A DNA stretch of 51,248 bases, from the IMG/VR virus record IMGVR_UViG_3300009656_000002, one strand, 5' to 3'. How positions within the stretch are numbered: the first letter of the stretch is position 1; every line of letters begins with the position of its first letter. Below are positions 8,269-16,633 of this stretch, piece by piece. Below the pieces are notes generated by a model. That model did no database searches. It was not told where the DNA came from and saw only the letters and a program-made list of their open reading frames with translations. Both the position numbers and the translations under genes were made by a program. The stretch comes from a virus.

Positions 8269-8708
8269 TGGCCCGCAAATTCCCGTCCGGCCACTACGAC
8301 ACCCCGCTCGGCGAGTACGTGAACACCACGACCGGGAAGGCCGTGTACGCGCTCGCCGACCGTTCGGGCCGGTGGTGCGTCCGCGGGCCCGTGCTCGCGC
8401 ACCGCACCGGCAAATGCGACACGGTCCCCGAGGCGATCGCGAAGGCGAAGGCCGCCCTGGAGGTCTCGCACACGGCCGACCGGAAGGCCGGCAACGGGCC
8501 CGGCCCGATCGCCTGGCGGGAGGGGGCTCCATCGGTCCCCGGGCACCGGCACGGCCGGGAGGTCCGTATGACCGACGACTACTGCTCCCACCGGGGCCCC
8601 ATGCCCGGGTGCGGGTGCGGCCGGTGGTGCAACGCGCGCCGCGTCCCCCTCTCGGCGGGCCCGTGCGATCCGAACTGCGAATACCGCACGGCCGCCCGGG
8701 GTGGTTAA
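8268..8708 (+). CDS. Hypothetical protein with Cys-rich C-terminus
   Basis: TGATG-coupled start at 8268. Confidence 0.55.
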   Translation: MARKFPSGHYDTPLGEYVNTTTGKAVYALADRSGRWCVRGPVLAHRTGKCDTVPEAIAKAKAALEVSHTADRKAGNGPGPIAWREGAPSVPGHRHGREVRMTDDYCSHRGPMPGCGCGRWCNARRVPLSAGPCDPNCEYRTAARGG

Positions 8709-9027
8709 GACGGCCGTATGCCCGATATGTGGACACCGATGGGTCGCCCGGTCGACGGCCCCCTGGCTGACGTGCTCACGGTGCCAGCGGAAGCATAAGC
8801 GGGGGGACGTGGCGCCCCGGGCCCTCGGGCTGGCGGTCGTCTATCCCGGCCGCGCCCGGTGCCAGGTCTGCGACGAGCTCGCGGAGGCCCTCGCGCCGGC
8901 CGCGGTCGGGGACGAGCCCGTGCTCGCGTGCGCCCGGTGCGTCGGAGCCCCGGACAAATGTGGAAATGTTGATATGCGGACCAGAGAAAAGAGAACACAA
9001 CCAGGCGGTGACAAACATGGGAGGTAA
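8701..9027 (+). CDS. Double zinc-ribbon protein
   Basis: CPICGHRW...LTCSRC...CQVC...CARC. Confidence 0.65.
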   Translation: MVKTAVCPICGHRWVARSTAPWLTCSRCQRKHKRGDVAPRALGLAVVYPGRARCQVCDELAEALAPAAVGDEPVLACARCVGAPDKCGNVDMRTREKRTQPGGDKHGR

Positions 9028-9388
9028 CGGAGCATCAAGCAAGGGGGCCGGGTCGGCACCCGCGAAGAACGCGGCGATCGCGCCCGCGGACGATCTGGAG
9101 CGCCTCAAAGCGATCGGAAAAGAGTGGACCGGCGGGGGAAACCATCGGATCTACTTCAACGATCTCCGGTCGCTCTACGGCCTCGATGCAACCTATTACG
9201 GGACGGGCAACATCTCGTCGGCGTCTATCGACGGCGTGGCTATCAGCAATAGCAAAGCCAGGGCGCTCGCCACGGATCTCCAATTCGGAAAGGTCTGGTA
9301 CGACGTGAAGACAAAAACCTTCAATCAGAAGGGGTTGTCGGATAGTGTATTCGAGCGCATCGTGAAGGCAATCCGCCGGAGGGCGTGA
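9017..9388 (+). CDS. Protein with MGGNGASSKGAG leader
   Basis: 36-bp leader nearly identical to 6542-6577; GGTGA RBS. Confidence 0.75.
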   Translation: MGGNGASSKGAGSAPAKNAAIAPADDLERLKAIGKEWTGGGNHRIYFNDLRSLYGLDATYYGTGNISSASIDGVAISNSKARALATDLQFGKVWYDVKTKTFNQKGLSDSVFERIVKAIRRRA

Positions 9389-9391
9389 TCC

Positions 9392-9862
9392 ATGGGTGGA
9401 AGTGGGGCGTCCTCGCGGCCGGCACCCAACCGGACCACATACCCCGACCCGGTCGCGGGCCAGGCGATCGTCGGCGAGACGTACGACGGCGTAACGTACC
9501 GCATGACCCGGAACGACCTCAAGAAGTCCGTCCCGGAAGACGAGCGCCTCAAGGCCGCCGCGGAAGCCCTCGCCGCACTCGACGCCGAGAAGGCCCGCCT
9601 GGGGAGGAAATACCCCTTGCGAAAGCGCGAACTCGCCCGGCAACAGCTCATGAGCTCGGTCGACTACCGCCTTGGCCTCGGCCAGGGCAAGCTCGACCGC
9701 ATCCGGGGCGTGTCGTACACCGAAGCCAGAACGACCTCGGCGTATAACATGGGCTATCACGAGGGGTGGAACGACAACCCGAGCCACTGGAAGCAGCAGA
9801 GGGCCACAAACCCGAACTTTTGGGCCCACGACAACAAAAAGCCGGTGCGGAAGCGGCGGTAA
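9392..9862 (+). CDS. Basic protein with MGGSGASS leader
   Basis: Leader variant; Lys/Arg-rich C-terminus. Confidence 0.7.
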   Translation: MGGSGASSRPAPNRTTYPDPVAGQAIVGETYDGVTYRMTRNDLKKSVPEDERLKAAAEALAALDAEKARLGRKYPLRKRELARQQLMSSVDYRLGLGQGKLDRIRGVSYTEARTTSAYNMGYHEGWNDNPSHWKQQRATNPNFWAHDNKKPVRKRR

Positions 9863-9897
9863 CATTTTTAAATCAAGACTACCAACGGTAGTCTTGT
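9863..9897 (+). promoter_or_regulatory. Archaeal TATA box plus operator palindrome (leaderless promoter)
   Basis: TTTTTAAAT about 30 bp upstream of ATG 9898; CAAGACTACC-AAC-GGTAGTCTTG at 9874-9896. Confidence 0.7.
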
Positions 9898-10260
9898 ATG
9901 CGACTCGAATATCAACTCCCAAGCGGGGCATGGTACGCCTGTGGCGACCGCACCGACGAGTTCCTGGATATGTGTGTCCGGTTCGGAAACCTCCCCGACC
10001 GCGCCACCGTTCTCGCGACACTGGCCAACGGATACAAGGTCCGGAACGATCCGAACGACTGGTATTCGTTCTGCCGCGACGGCGAGGCCGCCGACGCGCT
10101 CGAAGCGCGGGCCCGGGCGCAACGGGAGGCACACGAGCGCGATCAAGAGGCCCGGCACGGGCCGGTCCTCAACTGCCGGTCCTGTGGCCAGAGCGGGCGC
10201 TCGGGAAACTACCCCTTCTCGACCAACCCGGGATCGGGCTACTGCGACGATTGCCGGTGA
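9898..10260 (+). CDS. Hypothetical protein with C-terminal zinc finger
   Basis: CRSCG...YCDDC. Confidence 0.65.
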   Translation: MRLEYQLPSGAWYACGDRTDEFLDMCVRFGNLPDRATVLATLANGYKVRNDPNDWYSFCRDGEAADALEARARAQREAHERDQEARHGPVLNCRSCGQSGRSGNYPFSTNPGSGYCDDCR

Positions 10261-10264
10261 TCCC

Positions 10265-10531
10265 GTGATCGCAACGTGCCCCCATTGCTCGTATGTCTGG
10301 CGATCGGATGCCGGGAGGGATCGGATCACCTGCCCCAACTGCGGCCGGAAGTTTCCCCGCCCCGCGGTCGACATCGTCGTCCTCGGGCGGGGCGTCCCCC
10401 TCAAGACGACCTGCGACCTCTGCGGGTATCCGAAGGCGGAGCTCAATGTCTGCCGGATCGATGGCGAGTCGGCCTTCGTGTGCTCCGTCTGCCTGAAGGG
10501 GGCGACCGCCCCGCCCCACCCCCAGGAATAA
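10265..10531 (+). CDS. Double zinc-ribbon protein
   Basis: CPHCSYVW...ITCPNC...CDLC...NVCRIDGESAFVCSVC. Confidence 0.65.
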   Translation: MIATCPHCSYVWRSDAGRDRITCPNCGRKFPRPAVDIVVLGRGVPLKTTCDLCGYPKAELNVCRIDGESAFVCSVCLKGATAPPHPQE

Positions 10532-10643
10532 ACCAACAGTCTTTTTATAGCCCGCCGCGATCTCTAAGTAAAGGGGCACTAATGGTGGGTCGGGGTCGTT
10601 ATCGGAGGCCGGGGAACACTCAGCGCGACCGCGGGGGGCACTA

Positions 10644-13157
10644 ATGGCCGCCCGCGTCTCCAACCGGGTGATCGCCGAACGGATCGATGAATTAGAAACG
10701 TTTATCGAGGATTCACTCACCGAGGCCGTCTCGGCGAACGCCTCGTGGAAAGACCCCCTCACCCTCACCCTCGCGCTCGGCGACGGCGAGGACGAGTATT
10801 CAGTGGATCAGATCCGCGAGGCCGCGCGGAATTGTTACGAGGCGTACCACGCGAACGCCCTCATCCGCCGGGCCGTCAACGTCAAGAGCCACTTCGTCTG
10901 GGGCCGGGGCGTCACCATCACCTCGGACCAGGTAGAGGTCAACGCGGTCCTCACCGACTGGCTCGAACGAAACCAGGGAGAGCTCGGCCACCTGGGGCGG
11001 GTCGAGAAGGAGATCCAGGTCCAGATCGGCGGCAATTTATTCTTACTCTGCCAGGTCGACGAGCTCGGCGCCGTGGAGGTCGTGACCGTCCCGATCAGCG
11101 AGATCGCCGGCTACCTCCGCGACCCGAAAAACCCGCGGAAGGTCTGGTACTGGAAACGGACGTTTACGGAGTACACGGTCCAGAAGGACGGCACGAGTAC
11201 GGGAAAGAGCCAAACCTACTGGTATCCGGCGCTCGGGCATAATCCCGAAAAGCAACCGAAGACGATCGGGGGGACGCCCGTCGTCTGGACCGACCGGCTC
11301 TACCACGCGCCCCTCCCGCGCGCGGGAAAGGGCGTGTACGGCCTCCCGGCGATCGTGGCGGGGATCCCGTGGGGCAAAGCCTACACGCAACACCTGAGCA
11401 ACGTGGCGAGCATCAACGCGGCCCTCGCGACCTTCGCGTGGAAAGCGACCGGGGCGAACCCGGCCGCGGCCCGCGCCGTCGCGGACATCGTCGACCGCCA
11501 GAAGAGGACGCCGATCCCGGCCGGGTCCACGCTCGCCTCGACCCCCGGGGTCACCATGGAGCCGATCCGGACGGCCGGGGTCGCCACGAGCGCGGACGAG
11601 GCCCGCCGCTTCGCGCTCATGGTGTGCTCCGACACGGACGTCCCCGAGCATATCCTCCTCGGGGATCCCAGTACGGGGAACCTCGCGACCACGAAGACGA
11701 TGGAGCGCCCCCTGGAGCTCGCCGTGCTCGACCGTCAGGCGTGGTGGGTCGATACCCTCACCCTCCTGGGGTCGTTCGCGGTCGAGGCCCGGGTGCTCGC
11801 GCAAGGCTTCGCCCCGCTCACCGGCAAGGTCGAGTTCGACGACTGGGGCCGGCGCCAGGTGCTCGTCTCCGTCCGCCGGGTCGTGAAGGACCACGAGACG
11901 GATCGCGAGGTCACGGAAGCCCGGGCCGCGAAGGCCGCGCCCGGCACGAAGGCGACGAAGAAGGAGGCCGCCGACGCGAACCTCGGGCCCGTCCGGGAAG
12001 AGGTCGCCGAGGTCACGGTCGAGTTCCCCGCGATCCTCGAACACGACCCGGTCTCGGAGGTCGCCGCCATCATCAGCGCCGCGACCGCCGGCACGGGGTC
12101 GCTCGCCGGGATCATGGACCGGGCCACCTTCCAGCGGTTGCTTTTGCGGGCCCTCAACATCCCGAACGTGGACGACGCGATCGCCGAGATGGACGACGAG
12201 GACATCGCCCGCCAGGTCGAGAGGCATGAGAACCCGCCCGAGCTGGAGCTCGCCCGCCAGGCCCAGGCCGCGAAGCTCGGCGGGGAGGAGCCCGACGAGG
12301 ACGACGAGGACGCGCCGCCGGCGAAGAAGGGCGTGAAGAAGCCGACGAAGCGCTCCCGGGACAACGACGTCGAAGAAGGGATCGAAGAGTCGCTCTCGGC
12401 CGTCGCGACCGCGCTCCAGGAGGTCGCCCGGACGGCCCTGGTGGAGGCGGAGCTCGCCGAAGCCTTCGATCCCACGGCCCCGGGGAAGTGGGTCACCCTG
12501 AAGGACGGCCGGCGGGTCTACATTAAGGACAAGGGGGCCGGCACGGGCCCGATGGGCCCCGGGACCGCCCAGTCGACGCTCGGGGCGGAACCGGCACCGG
12601 CACCGGAGCAACTGGCACCCGGGCCCGTCGACGAGCGCGGCCGGCCGGCCGCCGTGCGGAAACGGCTCGACGAGTTCACCGAATGGCACGCCGAGGACCG
12701 GGTCGAGAGCCTCCTCGTCGTGGCCCCCGACGGCTCGACCGTCTTCTACGGGACCGGGGACGTGCGAGGCGTCCCGTTCGACCCCGAGGACGCGGCGAAG
12801 TTCCCGGGATGCACGGCGATCCACAACCACCCGAGCGACAATTCCTTTTCGGATAAGGATCTCGCGATGACCGTAACGCACGGGATCGCCGAGCACGTCG
12901 TCGTCTCGCCGAAGTACGTCTTCTCCCTCGACACAACGGCGTACTCCGATCACGACGCGCACCTGGCCCTTGCCCGGCACGCGGTCGCCGAGGGCTCCCT
13001 GTATGCGAAATATCGCCCGAAGGTCCGGTCTGGAGAGATGGGCGAGAAAGAGGCGAGCAATGAGCACACACACGAGACCATGCAGATCGTGGCGTCCGAG
13101 TATCCCGGGATTCACTACACCCGGTGGATCCGCGGAAAGGGGATGGGGATACGATGA
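10644..13157 (+). CDS. Portal protein with C-terminal WxTxxG motif and JAB/MPN-like domain
   Basis: First large structural gene after terL; portal-like N-terminal about 510 aa (NALIRRAVNV, GGNLF, YGLP); acidic linker; KWVTLKDGRRVYI; E...HNHPSDNSFSDKD. Confidence 0.75.
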   Translation: MAARVSNRVIAERIDELETFIEDSLTEAVSANASWKDPLTLTLALGDGEDEYSVDQIREAARNCYEAYHANALIRRAVNVKSHFVWGRGVTITSDQVEVNAVLTDWLERNQGELGHLGRVEKEIQVQIGGNLFLLCQVDELGAVEVVTVPISEIAGYLRDPKNPRKVWYWKRTFTEYTVQKDGTSTGKSQTYWYPALGHNPEKQPKTIGGTPVVWTDRLYHAPLPRAGKGVYGLPAIVAGIPWGKAYTQHLSNVASINAALATFAWKATGANPAAARAVADIVDRQKRTPIPAGSTLASTPGVTMEPIRTAGVATSADEARRFALMVCSDTDVPEHILLGDPSTGNLATTKTMERPLELAVLDRQAWWVDTLTLLGSFAVEARVLAQGFAPLTGKVEFDDWGRRQVLVSVRRVVKDHETDREVTEARAAKAAPGTKATKKEAADANLGPVREEVAEVTVEFPAILEHDPVSEVAAIISAATAGTGSLAGIMDRATFQRLLLRALNIPNVDDAIAEMDDEDIARQVERHENPPELELARQAQAAKLGGEEPDEDDEDAPPAKKGVKKPTKRSRDNDVEEGIEESLSAVATALQEVARTALVEAELAEAFDPTAPGKWVTLKDGRRVYIKDKGAGTGPMGPGTAQSTLGAEPAPAPEQLAPGPVDERGRPAAVRKRLDEFTEWHAEDRVESLLVVAPDGSTVFYGTGDVRGVPFDPEDAAKFPGCTAIHNHPSDNSFSDKDLAMTVTHGIAEHVVVSPKYVFSLDTTAYSDHDAHLALARHAVAEGSLYAKYRPKVRSGEMGEKEASNEHTHETMQIVASEYPGIHYTRWIRGKGMGIR

Positions 13158-14383
13158 TCGGGATTGACGACTCGGCACACGAGCACCTGTATTACTCCCC
13201 GGTGTGCGCCCATTGCCGGCACCTGGACGAGACCACGCGGTTCAAGTGCGCCGCGTTCCCCGACGGGATCCCGTTCGCCATCTGGGACGGCGAGAACAAG
13301 CACACCTCGCCCGTCGACGGCGACCACGGGATCCGGTTCGAGCCCCTCGCGGCCATCGCGGAGGAGGTCGACAACCTCGACACCTTCCGCCTTCCGCGCA
13401 AAAAGGCGAAGGCGAAGACCAAGACCCGGGACACCTACGGGGCCCCGGGCCACTGGGTCACCATCCACGGCCGGCACGTCTTCATAACCGATGAGCCGAA
13501 CAACCCCGACCGCCCGTACGGGATCCCGTCGGAGCACCCCGGGCTCAAGGATATGCCCGATTGGCCCGAGGGCGAATCGGTCTTCGACCACAAAGTCCCG
13601 GTCCCGAAGGGCCTGGCCGAAGCGAAGACGACCGCCGACCTCGAAGCCTGGTACAAGGAGAATTACGAGGACTTCAAGATGGAGTTCGACGGGGCCGACT
13701 TCGAGACCGCCAAACAGACGGCGATCACGTATAACGAGCTCGCCACGCGGTATTACGACCTCGGTGTCAATGTGAGCCGGGTGACCGTCGACGACTGGAT
13801 GGACGAGAACGTGTACGCCGCGTATGAGAACGGGAAGATCTACCTGAACGGAAAGGCGTGGAAGGATCCCGTTGGGCTCGCCGAGTCCGTACGCAAGAAC
13901 GAGGCAACCGGCTTCCACCCCAAGGGCGTGACCGATCCCCAGTCGATCCTCGTCCACGAATACGGGCACGCCGTTATGGACGCGGTGAGCAAGGACCGCG
14001 CGACCACGACCTTCACGGGCTACACCCGCGCAAGCTCTCTTGCGGATCAATATGCGCGCCCGCCCCGTGAGGGGACCGTCGACGCCGCCATGCTTGAGTA
14101 TTACCGGAGCTCCGACTCACGGGCCGCCATTTCGGAGTACGCCGTCAAGGGGCGCTCCATCGACGAGGAGACATGGGCCGAGGGCTTCGTCGCGATCCAT
14201 TACGGCGCCCCGGCGAGCGCGCTCCCGCGCGTGAAGATGCAACGGAATATCATCGAGATCCTGACCGAGTCGCGCCAGAAGGATCTACCGTGGCCGGTCG
14301 CCGTCGAAACGCTCCCCGAGAAGAAGCGCAAAAAGGCCGAGGCGGAGCTCGACGCCGTGCTGAGGAGGCTGAGGGACGTATGA
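13154..14383 (+). CDS. Modular cargo protein: Cys/His CxAFPDGIP domain + WxTxxG motif + zincin metallopeptidase
   Basis: CAHCRH..CAAFPDGIP..GDHGIRFEP; HWVTIHGRHVFI; HEYGH..ISEYA..EETWAEGF. Confidence 0.75.
   Translation: MIGIDDSAHEHLYYSPVCAHCRHLDETTRFKCAAFPDGIPFAIWDGENKHTSPVDGDHGIRFEPLAAIAEEVDNLDTFRLPRKKAKAKTKTRDTYGAPGHWVTIHGRHVFITDEPNNPDRPYGIPSEHPGLKDMPDWPEGESVFDHKVPVPKGLAEAKTTADLEAWYKENYEDFKMEFDGADFETAKQTAITYNELATRYYDLGVNVSRVTVDDWMDENVYAAYENGKIYLNGKAWKDPVGLAESVRKNEATGFHPKGVTDPQSILVHEYGHAVMDAVSKDRATTTFTGYTRASSLADQYARPPREGTVDAAMLEYYRSSDSRAAISEYAVKGRSIDEETWAEGFVAIHYGAPASALPRVKMQRNIIEILTESRQKDLPWPVAVETLPEKKRKKAEAELDAVLRRLRDV
13317..13359 (+). repeat. 43-bp exact direct repeat, copy 1
   Basis: acggcgaccacgggatccggttcgagcccctcgcggccatcgc, identical to 14525-14567. 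Confidence 0.95.
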
Positions 14384-15447
14384 CCTACACCAGGGCGCCG
14401 GCCTGTATGGAGTGCCGGCATTACGAGCGCGGGACGGACGACCCGGTCCCGCGGTGCGCCGCGTATCCCGACGGGATCCCGGACGCCATCTTCTTCGACG
14501 GCAACCCGCACACGGCCGCCAGGAACGGCGACCACGGGATCCGGTTCGAGCCCCTCGCGGCCATCGCCGAGGCCGAAGCCTATCCCGGGACGGAGTGGAG
14601 AACGATAAACGGCCGGCGCGTCTGCATATCCGGAGATTGCCCCAAGGGGACGCGGATCGAAGACCTGCCGGGAGAGAAGGCCGGGGCCGGTTCGTTGGAC
14701 GATCGGCGGTACCTCGATGACAACGAGAAGGACATGTACCTGGGGGTCGACAAGCGATACGATCGCGACAAGAAAAAATACTATGTCCTCAAGTCGGACG
14801 AGGAGGAGAAGCGGCAGCGGGATCAAAAGGACCGCGAACACCGCGAGGAGCGGGCCCGGCTCGAACGGGAGGCGAAAGAGAAGGATCCGGGCGCGTTTTC
14901 AGTGGTGGTCGGGAAGACGACGGTCCCGGGCGCCGTGTACAGGGTGGACTACCCGCTCGGCAAAAACTTGCACTGCGCATATTTCGACAAAGACGGAAAC
15001 CATATCGATACCGACATTGGAAAGGCAACGCCCGACGAGATCGCCCAGTGGAGCGCCCGCGCGAAAGAGGTCGTCGCGACCACCGCGAAGATCGGGATCG
15101 ACCCCGCCGAGGATCTCTATGTCCGGTACGGCCGGATCCCCAAGGGCGGGCGCTCGCTCAATCACGCCACGCGGGAACTGGAGAAAGGCACGTCGGTCTA
15201 TTCGGGCAAGTTCGACCCCGAGACGGGGTTATTCGACATCGCCGACACGCTCGGCACCGGGCAATTCCAGGTACTCGAAGCGGCGGGAAAGACCCCGTAC
15301 CTCGTCCGCGGTGAGAAGATCGGCACCGGGTCCGACGGCGAGCCCGTGCTCAAGGACGCCTATGCCACCCACCAACTGAAGGTCACCGCGGACGGCCTCG
15401 CCATCGTCAAGCGTCTCAGGCGGCCACGGAAGACAGGCGGGGGCTGA
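14380..15447 (+). CDS. Modular cargo protein: Cys/His domain + WxTxxG motif + unknown effector (possibly ART-like)
   Basis: CMECRH..CAAYPDGIP..GDHGIRFEP; EWRTINGRRVCI; YVRYG..GTSVY in the C-terminal part. Confidence 0.7.
   Translation: MTYTRAPACMECRHYERGTDDPVPRCAAYPDGIPDAIFFDGNPHTAARNGDHGIRFEPLAAIAEAEAYPGTEWRTINGRRVCISGDCPKGTRIEDLPGEKAGAGSLDDRRYLDDNEKDMYLGVDKRYDRDKKKYYVLKSDEEEKRQRDQKDREHREERARLEREAKEKDPGAFSVVVGKTTVPGAVYRVDYPLGKNLHCAYFDKDGNHIDTDIGKATPDEIAQWSARAKEVVATTAKIGIDPAEDLYVRYGRIPKGGRSLNHATRELEKGTSVYSGKFDPETGLFDIADTLGTGQFQVLEAAGKTPYLVRGEKIGTGSDGEPVLKDAYATHQLKVTADGLAIVKRLRRPRKTGGG
14525..14567 (+). repeat. 43-bp exact direct repeat, copy 2
   Basis: Identical to 13317-13359. Confidence 0.95.
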
Positions 15448-15449
15448 CC

Positions 15450-15674
15450 GTGCCGCCCCGGTGCGAGGACTGCCGCTTCGCCGCCATTGAGGACGCGAAG
15501 CTCGGGACCGGCGACTGCCGCCGGCACCCGCCCTGGCCCGGGAGGGGCTACCCCTGTGTCTCGCGCGATCAATGGTGCGGGGAGTTCCGGCCGCGCGACT
15601 CTCCGGCCGTCGTGCCGATCACGCCCCGGCCGATCAGGTTGAACCTCGTGGACCTCCGGGGGCGGAAGGTGTGA
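15450..15674 (+). CDS. Small Cys-rich protein
   Basis: CEDCRF...GDCRRHPP...WCGEF. Confidence 0.65.
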   Translation: MPPRCEDCRFAAIEDAKLGTGDCRRHPPWPGRGYPCVSRDQWCGEFRPRDSPAVVPITPRPIRLNLVDLRGRKV

Positions 15675-16633
15675 CAGCGCGGATCATCTGCGGCGACGCG
15701 CTCACGGCCCTCTGCGACCTTCCCGACCAGTCGGTTAATACCTGTGTCACCTCGCCCCCGTACTGGGGGCTGAGGGACTATGGCGTCGACGGACAGATCG
15801 GTCTCGAAGAGACGCCGGAGGCGTACGTCTCCCGGCTCGTCGAGGTCTTCCGCGAGGTGCGGCGGGTGCTCGCCGACGACGGGACGCTCTGGCTGAACCT
15901 CGGCGATTCGTACAACGCGGCGGGGCGGGCCGGACACGGGACACGGATCGGCTACAAGCAAGGGACCAACCGGGCGAGCGCGAACGGCTCCGACGCGAAC
16001 CGACCAACGGCACCGGAGTTAAAAGAAAAAGACCTCGTCGGCATCCCGTGGCGCGTCGCGTTCGCGCTCCAGGCGGACGGGTGGTATCTCCGGCAGGACA
16101 TTATTTGGCACAAGCCGAACCCGATGCCGGAGAGCGTTCGCGACCGCTGCACGAAGGCACACGAATACCTCTTCCTCCTGAGCAAGTCACCGCGGTACTG
16201 GTTCGACCATGACGAGATGACAGAGGAGTCGGTCTATCCCCCCGGCACCCGGAAGGACGTTCCGAAAGGGGGCTTCAACTCGAAGTATGCCGGTGACGTT
16301 GCGCGGAAGGGCGACGAGTCTTTCCGGGCAATCCGCGAGAGGCGCAACCGCCGCGACGTGTGGACGGTCGCCACGAAGCCATACGCCGAAGCCCATTTCG
16401 CGACGTTCCCCCCAGACCTGATCCGGCCGTGCGTCCGCGCGGGATGCCCGGTCGGCGGCGTGGTCCTCGACCCGTTCGCCGGTGCCGGCACTACCGGACT
16501 GGTCGCGCTCGAAGAGGCGCGGAACTTCCTCGGGATCGAGCTCAATCCCGAGTACGTCGCGCTCATCGAAAAGAGACTCGCGCCCCTTCAGAGCATCGCC
16601 ACCCTCGACCAATTCACGGAGGCCGAAGCGTGA
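15671..16633 (+). CDS. DNA N4-cytosine/N6-adenine methyltransferase (beta class)
   Basis: Catalytic VTSPPY precedes SAM-binding DPFAGAGTT; IIWHKPNPMPES. Confidence 0.93.
   Translation: MTARIICGDALTALCDLPDQSVNTCVTSPPYWGLRDYGVDGQIGLEETPEAYVSRLVEVFREVRRVLADDGTLWLNLGDSYNAAGRAGHGTRIGYKQGTNRASANGSDANRPTAPELKEKDLVGIPWRVAFALQADGWYLRQDIIWHKPNPMPESVRDRCTKAHEYLFLLSKSPRYWFDHDEMTEESVYPPGTRKDVPKGGFNSKYAGDVARKGDESFRAIRERRNRRDVWTVATKPYAEAHFATFPPDLIRPCVRAGCPVGGVVLDPFAGAGTTGLVALEEARNFLGIELNPEYVALIEKRLAPLQSIATLDQFTEAEA

Noticed and set aside
11043-13178. Long minus-strand ORFs (for example 11043-13178, 28076-30418, 39532-41484, 4889-6517)
   Set aside because: Antisense shadows of high-GC3 genes with Arg/Gly/Pro-rich nonsense composition
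14900-15447. Confident ADP-ribosyltransferase call
   Set aside because: Only weak R-G and G-x-S-V strand motifs; no clear catalytic Glu, so left as unknown effector
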